DNA of 64,000 nucleotides, from NCBI GenBank assembly GCA_964019335.1, contig OZ025723.1, positions 62,001-126,000 of the forward strand, given 5' to 3'. The first letter of the stretch is position 1, and each line of letters starts with the position of its first letter. The notes under the pieces are model-generated. The model searched no databases, was not told the origin of the DNA, and was given only the letters and a program-made list of their open reading frames with translations. The DNA comes from Diplonema japonicum (lineage: Eukaryota; Protista; Euglenozoa: Diplonemea). The translations under genes were made by a program, and so were the position numbers. Below, piece after piece: positions 34,617-44,400 of the stretch.

Positions 34617-35693
34617 ATGGGGAACTCGACAAAACCCCCGGCGGCAGCGCCACAGCAGCAGCAGCAGCAACAACAACAACACCACCATCACCACCACAAA
34701 GAAGGAGGGGACCGAAAAGCGGTGCGATTCGGTGTGCCCGCATCGAAGCACCACCTCATCATCGGCAGAGGGGGAACCGTGATAAAGGATTTAACAAGCC
34801 AGTTCAACGTCAACATAGAAGTTTCTAAAAAGGACAGCCCGAACGACACCGTGACGATAGAAGGGACCAAACATGATGTGGAGCGGGCCAGGCTGGCGCT
34901 GGAGAAACTCTTGGGAATCGAAATTAAAAACACCCCTGTGTATACGTTCGAGCTTGCCGTGCCTTCTCACAAGTACGGCGCGGTGATCGGACCCAAGGGG
35001 GAAACAATCCGTGAACTGGAAAGAACTTCCCGTGCAGTTATTGAAATCCCCCCCAAACATGCTCAAGGGAAACCTATACTGGTGATTGGTTCACAAGATG
35101 CGTGCCGTTCGGGTCAGGCTGCGATCGAGAGGGTTATAGGCCAAGCAGTGGCGGTGAAGATAAAGAACGATAAATATTGGTTCGACAAGGATGTTCCATT
35201 GGAAACGGTGGACCTTTCGAAAAAGGTGTCGAGGGTGTTATTTTTTCCGGATGAAAAAGGTCCCGACGGGTCGACAGGAATGCAATCCCTACTGAAATAC
35301 CTCAACTCCTGCAAGAAAACACTCGACATCTGCATTTTCTGCTTCACAAATGACGATCTCGCAGCAACTGTGCTACTTGCACACCGGCGTGGCGTCACTG
35401 TCCGCATTATAGTCGACAATGAGCAGGCCTACGCACAGGGTTCTGACATACTTAAATTCTGTAAAGCCGGTATTCCCGTTCGCATGGACGGCCGTGGAGG
35501 CCATATGCATCATAAGTTTGCAATTCTTGATGGCAGTGTGGTTCTGAACGGCTCCTTCAACTGGACGGTCCAAGCGCAGCTCAGCAACAACGAAAACGTG
35601 ATGCTGACCAGCGATCCCTCGTTCATCACCCCGTTTAAGAACCAGTTCGACTTGCTGTGGACGTCCTTCAAGGGAAACCACTACAAATCTTAA
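34617..35693 (+). CDS. KH-KH-PLD6/Zucchini-like fusion nuclease, 358 aa
   Basis: Two KH domains with intact GxxG loops (HHLIIGRGGTVIK; YGAVIGPKGETIR); PLD6-like domain VLFFP..LDICIFCFT..HRRGV.VRIIVD..GSDI..KAGI.VR..HMHHKFAILD..NGSFNWT..NNEN..F..LW; single HKD motif. Confidence 0.9.
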   Translation: MGNSTKPPAAAPQQQQQQQQQHHHHHHKEGGDRKAVRFGVPASKHHLIIGRGGTVIKDLTSQFNVNIEVSKKDSPNDTVTIEGTKHDVERARLALEKLLGIEIKNTPVYTFELAVPSHKYGAVIGPKGETIRELERTSRAVIEIPPKHAQGKPILVIGSQDACRSGQAAIERVIGQAVAVKIKNDKYWFDKDVPLETVDLSKKVSRVLFFPDEKGPDGSTGMQSLLKYLNSCKKTLDICIFCFTNDDLAATVLLAHRRGVTVRIIVDNEQAYAQGSDILKFCKAGIPVRMDGRGGHMHHKFAILDGSVVLNGSFNWTVQAQLSNNENVMLTSDPSFITPFKNQFDLLWTSFKGNHYKS

Positions 35694-35901
35694 ATAGATG
35701 GAGGGGGATGTGTTCGATAAAAAAAACCCTTTCCTTGCTTCTTTTTTTTTTTTTCCCACCGCTCAATTCCCTTGTCTTTTGGTTTTTCTGCTGCCAGCAC
35801 AGGGTGTTTCTTTTCCAGTTAATCCTGTTCTTATCCAGTAAAAAACTTTAAAGAAAAACAACAGTAAAAGGGAAAAGTATCGACATAAAACAGAGAAAGA
35901 A

Positions 35902-36981
35902 ATGTCTTACACCAGCAACGAGTCTGTAGTGGACGAGTGCGTGAGGAGGCTGAAGAAAGCCGCCGACTACGGCGAGGAAGGAATGGACAAGCACCAAGAA
36001 GAAGGGGTGCTCATCACACAGCTCCCTGTCGAGAAAACAGGATTCCGGGAATGGGAAAGAGAAGGAGAAAAGAGAGGAACAGCAGAGTGGGTGGTCCCTG
36101 ATGGCTGCGAAGATGCAAACCACAGAGTACTCTTCATCCACGGCGGGGCCTATGCATGGTACTCCCCCAGTGACGTGTACAGACCACTGTCGACAAAAAT
36201 TGCAAAAGCGATGAACCTCCCTGTGATGGCATTCGACTACCGTCTGGCCCCCGAGCACCACTTCCCTGCCCCTGTTGAGGATGCTGTGGAGGCTCTTTCA
36301 TGGATTTGGGAAAACGGCCCTCAGGTTCCTTCAAAAGCAGAGAAAATCTTTGTGGTGGGGGATTCTGCAGGGGGAGGGCTGACCATTGCCATGATGTTGG
36401 CAGTGGGGACAGGAACGGTGGACGGCTCAAGGCCTTTTGAGGGTGGCACAGTGCGTCCCCCCACGGCGGCTGTCACCTTCAGTGCGTACACCGACTTGGC
36501 ATGTTCGCTTCCTTCGTACCGCACACGGACATGGGACCCTGAGACACGCACAGGCGATCCTGTGTTCAGTGACGGTGAAACAGAGAAGGAGGTAGAAGGC
36601 AGCAAGGAGACAGGGCGCGAGTACGTCGGTGAGGCTGGTGATGTTAAAAACCCAATGGCATCACCATACTGGGCACCTGAGGCATGGCTTGCGAAGCTCC
36701 CACCTGTCTACATGATGGTGGGCGACGCTGAGGTATGTTACAAAAAAACTCATGGGAAAAAATCTTTTTTTTATTCAAAGATCATGCTTGACGACAGCGT
36801 TGCGTTGCATGCAAAGATAGAAGCTGCGCAAACACCGAAGGCCACCTGTCGGTTGAAGGTGTACCCCAGGATGTGGCATGACTGGGTCATGTACACCGAA
36901 GGCTGCCACCAAGGAAGGAACACCCTTGTTGAAGCCGTCGATGCCATCGATGAGGCTGCGAAGTTTGTGAAGGAGTTCTAG
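35902..36981 (+). CDS. HSL-family alpha/beta hydrolase (esterase), copy 1, 343 aa; join(35902..36732,36781..36981)
   Basis: HGGA oxyanion motif, DYRLAPEH.FPA..ED, GDSAGG nucleophile, MWHDW. Confidence 0.92.
   Translation: MSYTSNESVVDECVRRLKKAADYGEEGMDKHQEEGVLITQLPVEKTGFREWEREGEKRGTAEWVVPDGCEDANHRVLFIHGGAYAWYSPSDVYRPLSTKIAKAMNLPVMAFDYRLAPEHHFPAPVEDAVEALSWIWENGPQVPSKAEKIFVVGDSAGGGLTIAMMLAVGTGTVDGSRPFEGGTVRPPTAAVTFSAYTDLACSLPSYRTRTWDPETRTGDPVFSDGETEKEVEGSKETGREYVGEAGDVKNPMASPYWAPEAWLAKLPPVYMMVGDAEVCYKKTHGKKSFFYSKIMLDDSVALHAKIEAAQTPKATCRLKVYPRMWHDWVMYTEGCHQGRNTLVEAVDAIDEAAKFVKEF
36733..36780 (+). other. Spliceosomal intron, 48 nt (GTATGT...TTCAAAG), absent from paralogous copy 2
   Basis: Defined by alignment with copy 2 (GCTGAG|GTGATG); in frame, no stop. 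Confidence 0.92.
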
Positions 36982-37231
36982 ATTCTCTCTCTCCCTCGCG
37001 TTTTGTTCCGATTTTCTCTTTTGATCTCGAAATAGTAAAAAAAGGATGATTTTTTTTGCTTTCTGTGTGGCATCTTTTGGCCGCAGTGGTGTATTCGTGT
37101 TGTGTGCCTACTAACGACTTCTCTCTCCTTGCTTTTGATAGGTGGACTACAAGCTCTGTTTTCTGCTAAAGGAGCGAACCTTTTTATTACCTAGACTTCA
37201 ACACTGGAAATAATCTGAAAGGGATAAATAA

Positions 37232-38263
37232 ATGTCTTACACCAGCAACGAGTCTGTAGTGGACGAGTGCGTGAGGAGGCTGAAGAAAGCCGCCGACTAC
37301 GGTGAGGAAGGAATGGACAAGCACCAAGAAGAAGGGGTGCTCATCACACAGCTCCCTGTCGAGAAAACAGGATTCCGGGAATGGGAAAGAGAAGGAGAAA
37401 AGAGAGGAACAGCAGAGTGGGTGGTCCCTGATGGCTGCGAAGATGCAAACCACAGAGTACTCTTCATCCACGGCGGGGCCTATACAATGTACTCCCCCAG
37501 TGACGTGTACAGACCACTGTCGACAAAAATTGCAAAAGCGATGAACCTCCCTGTGATGGCATTCGACTACCGTCTGGCCCCCGAGCACCACTTCCCTGCC
37601 CCTGTTGAGGATGCTGTGGAGGCTCTTTCATGGATTTGGGAAAACGGTCCTGAAGGTCCTTCAAAAGCAGAGAAAATTTTTGTGGTGGGGGATTCTGCAG
37701 GGGGAGGGCTGACCATTGCCATGATGTTGGCAGTGGGGACAGGAACGGTGGACGGCTCAAGGCTTTTTGAGGGTGGCACAGTGCGTCCCCCCACGGCGGC
37801 TGTCACCTTCAGTGCGTACACCGACTTGGCATGTTCGCTTCCTTCGTACCGCACACGGACATGGGACCCTGAGACACGCACAGGCGATCCTGTGTTCAGT
37901 GACGGTGAGACTGAGGCAGGGACTGCCCTCCTCAAAGAAGCTGGTCAAGGGTACGTCGGTGAGGCTGGTGATGTTAAAAATCCAATGGCATCACCATACT
38001 GGGCACCTGAGGCATGGCTTGCGAAGCTCCCACCTGTCTACATGATGGTGGGCGACGCTGAGGTGATGCTTGACGACAGCGTTGCGTTGCATGCAAAGAT
38101 AGAAGCTGCACAGACACCGAAGGCCACCTGTCGGCTGAAGGTGTACCCCAGGATGTGGCATGACTGGGTCATGTACACCGAAGGCTACCACCAAGGAAGG
38201 AACACCCTTGTTGAAGCCGTCGATGCCATCGATGAGGCTGCGAAGTTTGTGAAGGAGTTCTAG
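37232..38263 (+). CDS. HSL-family alpha/beta hydrolase (esterase), copy 2, intronless, 343 aa
   Basis: Near-identical tandem paralogue of 35902..36981 with the same motifs. Confidence 0.92.
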   Translation: MSYTSNESVVDECVRRLKKAADYGEEGMDKHQEEGVLITQLPVEKTGFREWEREGEKRGTAEWVVPDGCEDANHRVLFIHGGAYTMYSPSDVYRPLSTKIAKAMNLPVMAFDYRLAPEHHFPAPVEDAVEALSWIWENGPEGPSKAEKIFVVGDSAGGGLTIAMMLAVGTGTVDGSRLFEGGTVRPPTAAVTFSAYTDLACSLPSYRTRTWDPETRTGDPVFSDGETEAGTALLKEAGQGYVGEAGDVKNPMASPYWAPEAWLAKLPPVYMMVGDAEVMLDDSVALHAKIEAAQTPKATCRLKVYPRMWHDWVMYTEGYHQGRNTLVEAVDAIDEAAKFVKEF

Positions 38264-38417
38264 CTTTTTGTGTGGAAATTCATGTTTTTTGTTTCTCTTT
38301 TTTTTGCTTCGATTGACACGGGGATTGACCGGCACAAACTTACCTCGCACGTTCCTCTTCTTTTTTTTCAATCTCCCAATCTCTTTTCTCACACTAAAGC
38401 CTTGCAGGCACTATGGA

Positions 38418-41400
38418 ATGAACCGCATCGCGGCGACAGCGTTGGAGCAAATCGCAAGGGAGTACATCGAAGATGTGGATCTAAAGGGGTTGAAGGTGAA
38501 GCTGGCAGAAGGGAAGGTTACTCTAAAAAACGTAAGACTGCGAAAGGACTGCCTCATCGGGTTGGACTACCCTGTCGATGTGGAAGAAGGTGTTGCCGAA
38601 GAAGTGTACTTAAACATACCTTGGAAGAGCCTAAAGAAAGAAGCTGTCGCGGTCCACCTATGTGGGGTGGAATTCTGTGTCAGAATTATGGACTGGAGAG
38701 ACGCATGTGACGTAGCGAAGTTTCAGGACATCATGAAAGTATTTGTGAGGAACACAGTGGAGCAGATTGCGAGGAGGATGCAACCTTCTAAGGGAACCCC
38801 ATCGCTCAAGGACACCATCCTGGCGAATGTTGCCCTCACCGTCACCAACATCACCATACACATTAGTACCATGACACAGACCACGCTATCCTTGAAGGCT
38901 CCTTCCTTTACCTTTCAAACTTGCGATTCGAATTGGCAACCATCCTTCGTCATCTCACCTGTCCACAGGTTGGCTAGGATCTCTGGTGTAACTTTACATC
39001 TGAATGATGCCCAGTGTAACCCGTCCCCCTTCACAGTGACATGCCACCTCGAAGAGACCAAAGATTACCTTCTAAGCTCTAAAATCTCAATCCACCCTGA
39101 AAACCCGGTCCTCTTGCTGTCATCCAGTAACCTGTTCGAGCTCAAAGGACTTATGGACACAGTTTTGAATTTCTCTGATTATTCGAGATGGGTGAAGGCT
39201 AAAAGTTATCTGGGGGGCAACCAGCGGTGCTTCCAAACCGTGGTGAAAACTGTTATATTGGCAAACAGAATGCAAAGAAGAAAACGAGGGACACCCGCCG
39301 AGAGCTTCTTCGAGGATTACAGAACGCTGCTGGAAAAGATGGAGCAGAAGCAAAAGATCTTCGGGGGGAAGAGAAAAATGTCGGTTTTGAGGAAAATGAA
39401 GAGTTTCTATGAAATGTACCTACCACTGCGGTGGGTGGTCATGGCGGCTAGCTTCCCTGCAGGGTCCGCAGCCCCTGACTTGAACGCCGACCACGATCGA
39501 AGCTGCAAACTGCACGACGCCTCAATAAAACTGATCAACCCAACCCTTGAGATCACCGACCTCGACGCGACCATACAGGTAGCTACCTTGGATGTCACGG
39601 CCAAGATGGGTGTTACATGGGTCGATGCTGCATTCTGCGGTGAAAGTATCGCCGTTCGTCACGTCAAAAACAATTTCCGTTCAAAACACATCAACGGCTC
39701 CATCGTGCAGGACCCGATAAATGACACCACGCCCGAGTTCAGAATCTCCGTGCACGTGGGCAAGACCTCGGGTACGTGGGTTGGCATACCACCGCTTCCA
39801 CCGGCTTCGTTTGGGCCTGACAACCATTTCCAAGGAGGCTCCCTTCCGTCGATGTGTGTCGAAGCTAAAATATCCGACGTAAGCATCATGGGAGAGAAAG
39901 AAGATGTGGATATTGCGGTTCCCAACGGGGCTCGGATACGGTACAAAAACTTGAACCGGGGGGAGGAACCGATTTTTGAAGCTGTTCTGGGGATGTTCCG
40001 TGGTGGGTTGCAATCGGTTCTTGCGGTGGAAGGCGACGGTGTGGTCGCCACGCTAACCTCTGTGTCTGTGAAGGATATTTCTGTGGCGCTGTTGGACGAG
40101 GGAAGAAGACTCGCCACGGCCACCGCCGAAAACACAAAGTTACACTTTTTCAAAGCAATACAGGCCGACAGACTCTTGATCAGAACGGCGGGGACCGTTC
40201 TTTGCAACGTGGCCAACAAAGTCGTCATCAACTTCCTCGACAAAACCCGATGGACTGCAGCCCTAGGGTCTGCTTCCATCACGTACAAACAACCTCTCGT
40301 TGACCACATCGCCTTGCATGCTGCAAGGGTGTACCGTGACCTTTCCTTCCCTTCAACGGTTCCCACGGTGACACCCGGGATCACCGCAAACCTGGATGAG
40401 GTCATTTTTACACAACCGCTTCACGGGGTTTTGCGTTGCACCGGGATCACGGTGAAATCGCAAGGTGGCGGGATTGTTAACAAGATTCTGGTTGAGATCG
40501 TCGAGGCGGTTGGTGACGGTGACGACGCGATGCAAAGCAACAAAATAGCGATAAAAGCAATACAGGGAGAGGTCCAATACACCACGGGCTACCTTGGAAA
40601 GATAGAAGGATCGGTGACCTGCGGTGAGATTTCAGCTAAGGTTTCGGTCAAACAGGGCACAACAACAACAACAGGGCAACGACCGCGTCTGAATTCAAAA
40701 CGTGTCTCCCTTGTAGCGAGCGTGCGCAGGCTGTCTGTGAAGACTGCTCACAACACGGAACTGTGTTGTGAAGCAGTGTATTTCAACCTGCACAAGACCC
40801 CGTGTGTGATGACCACAGACCTGACCTGTGCGAAAAGTTACGTCACAGGGCCTGTGACAATGTCTCTGATGAGCCTGAACCCATCACGAACGAGACCTCA
40901 TTCTGAACCGTTGTTCTCACCCTTACCTGAACCACCCATCGCTGTTTCTGGTCCTGCAAAGTTGGACTTGATAGCGTCCATGCCGCTGGCTTTGCAAAAC
41001 CCACCCCATGTCACCCTGACGTTTAAAGGCAACGTGTACATTACAGCTCCTGGTGTGGGTTGGACGTGTGGGAAAATGAAGCTCGCCTCATGCGGGCTGG
41101 TCTGGTGTTCCAAAGACGACCCAACTGTCGGACACGTCGTCCCTCAACGTTTAATATTCAAACAAGGCTTTCGGTATCAAAAACTTCCCTTGCGTATGGC
41201 CAGAGCCGAGCTGGAATCGAACGGGTCGAAAACCCTGTTTGCCTTTGAGTGCACGGCGGAGTGCAAGAAACTGATCGCAGCCGTGGATTCCGAACGGGAG
41301 GGTTGGCTTAAAACCAAAGCGGGTTCGGTGCTGACGGTTCAAAGCTGGGTTTTGTCGAGGTTTTATAAGTTCTGGATGCGGAGAACAATCATTTCAAAGA

Positions 41401-44400
41401 GGGCCTCGCGTTGCAGGGAGTGCTTCGATGTTGTGTCCCGTTCGACCGTGTACAGGACACTTCTTGTTTATTGGTGCGAATGGCGGCAGAATACCCGGTT
41501 GGGACCGCTTCTCTCCACCACCACCGTCGCATCTAAAAGAACATGTGTGAAAGTCCGTGGATGGATCAAGATCACGGATGTGAACACAGTTGCAGTACGT
41601 GAGGCTAAAGCCGCCTTCGAATCAACAACACACACCGAACTCTCGTTGAGCAAACACGCGAAAACACCGCCGAACCTCGATCTCAGATCGAAACGTGTTA
41701 CCGTGGCGAAGGACCATGTCATCGAAGGCTACGAAACAGTGCACGTCTACCCAACCACGGTTTTCCTGATACAAAAAAACGCCGTATTGACGTTGAGACC
41801 TGTCAAACTTGTATTGAACAATGTGAGAAGCCTTGAAAGATGCGCTCTAGGAGGCGGGAAAATATCGGTGCACCAAGAAACCGTCGTCGAAAGGAACACA
41901 ACACCGTCTTCTTTGTTTGGCGTTTTCAACGCTCTGAACATAACTGTTACGTCAGCTGTTCGGGTGGACGTGGCAACAAGCTTCTTGAAGCTGACAATGG
42001 GTGTCGAGGTAAGGCAGGCGAAGGACGTACTCGAGGTGGAATGGAGGAATCTAAACGGGTCTGTCAGAGACGACATAAGGTTTTCGTTGGAACACGGACA
42101 CGCAAGGCTTGAACCGGGAAGTAAAACTGGGTGTTTAAAGAGCATCGTGCTGCTCTACAACGATTTCTACGAACTCCGAACCGTTAAGAACGGTGCAACC
42201 CTCGACGGCAACCACCTGGAAATCCCGTTTTGCGTCAGGTACAGAACGGGGCTCCTCGGCACCGAATGGAGCTCTGTCTTGGAAACCCAAACATGGCACG
42301 GTACCCTGAGCCGAAAGGGCGTCCGATTCAACTGTAACAACATCGCGGCAAATGTCACCCCCCATCTTGCCAACACATTCGTGACACAGCCCATTGTCAC
42401 CATATGCAACTTAACCGGGATGCTGATGCGTGTTGCGAACCACCCCGACCCGATCTGTTCGAAACCGATGGACGTGGTTCTGAAGAAACCTGTCGTCGTG
42501 TTTGACTTTCAAACCTGGAAATACCCTGTGTTTCTACGACCTCACAGCAGCTTGTCTGTGGTTGAGGTTGTAAAGGTAGCGGGTCATGTAATATACATAG
42601 AAGTGTTGAGGGAAGAAGGGTGCTTTAGAATCCGGCTCACATCGCGGTACGTGTTTGTGAATGAATCGGACGAGAGCATCTCTGTCAAGGCGTGGTTCGG
42701 TGATACAGAGCCGTTTCGAGTAGAGGTCCCCGGGAAGGCAGTTCGATGCGTTCCTTTGCGTGTTATTCCAACCGACACGCTTTCTCCCGGTATCTCTGTT
42801 GAGATCTCCCCCGAGAGCTTGAAGAACAAGACCTCGTCGGTCTTTCTCACCCCAGGCTCCTTCGGGACCCTTCCGTCCTCTCCTTCCACGTACCTTTTCT
42901 GCCGTTGCGTTCAAAAACTGTATCAGGAAATCTCGTTCTCGCCTGTTTTAACCGTGTGCAACAGGTCCCCTGTGGTGTTGTCTGTTTATTTAGGTAACGG
43001 ACGCGACCCGGTGGGCCTCCCTGTTAAAAAACCCGTTTCTGTGGAGACCGTGAACGCCAGCCGTGGCTTTGAAGCTGTGTTTGAGTACAACGGTGTGAAG
43101 AGCAACGTGTTTAAAATGGAACATCAGAAGACAGAGGCGAAACAAGAGGTTGTGTTCGGCACGCTTCCCGCGAAACTGTTTGTTGAAGCTGTGAGCGGGT
43201 CGAAGGGAGTCTACATGACAATACGGGCCGCCGCGTGGGTTCGCAACGAAACAGAGTACCGCGTGAAGGTCGGGAACGGGGTCGAGATCGAGCAGAGCGG
43301 CCTGGTACTTTGGAACAACGACAGAATCGTGATCGACGAAACGCTGCCTGTGTGGGTGCGACACAGCAACAACGTAACCACAATACGACCGGAGTGGGTG
43401 GTTGTGAACCGGACCAGCGAGGCGCTGTGGGTCAGGGATGATCGCGAGTGTTTACTGACACCAGGAGACGTGTTCCATCCGAAAGCCGTTCAAACTTCTG
43501 TTTCGCTGACGCGATCGAACTGGCTACCAATCGACTTCACTGTAGGAGACCACTGGGTCTTCCTACCCACCCCTGTCTTGACAAAGGTGCACACCGACCG
43601 CGGGTCCATCACCATCGACCTCACCACCGCACACCTCGACGTTGAAAACGACACGTTCCACACAATCTCGTTAAACGGTGTTGAAATCCCTCAATTCTCG
43701 TCAGGACATTGCTATCCTGTGAACGGGGTGGTGTCTCTACAGGTGATGCCATGTGGTGAGGTGTTCCCTGTCAACATCTCGGGAAGAAAATCCGGGTACA
43801 TCTCCCAGTGTGAGGTGGAATGGAAAACCGTGTGGGCCTCGGGAAGGACCAGGGTCATCGTCTCTCACGTGGCAAACGGAGGAAAATGGAGGGAGAACAC
43901 AATGGAGGTCACGCTCACAGGAAACGGTTCAGTGGCATTGTTTCTAAACAGAGAGATCGGGCACGCAGTGTTCGAAGGGTGCGAGACAGCCCTACAGTAC
44001 AACAACGGTTTCTTTTCAGCACAGATTGTTGCGGAGGCAGTCTCCGTGACGTCGAACAGCGTCGTGGTGGCGAGAGGCGAAGGGTTCCGCGGGAAGCTCA
44101 CCGACTTCTGTGTTGAGACCCCAGCGAAATTCTACGCTTCGTCGTTGCAAAGCCACTGCGACTCGCTGTGGATATACGCAACTGACTTTGCGTTGCAGGG
44201 TTTCCACCAGTTCTTCGCGGAGTTCGCGAAATTCTCATCTGTTGCACAAAGCCGACCAGCTCCACCATCACCTTCCATCAAACTCGACAGAATCCTGCTC
44301 TCCGAGATCCCTGTCACACTGTCCTACGAACCCAGCGGAACGTCTTTCACTCAGTCTTTGAAAAGCGTGGACAAGGCACATCTGAGCTTGAGGCCGTTGC

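Noticed and set aside
37044-37218. Possible box C/D snoRNA (ATGATT...CTGA) between the esterases
   Set aside because: Imperfect C box, about 170-nt spacing, no terminal stem or recognisable rRNA guide.
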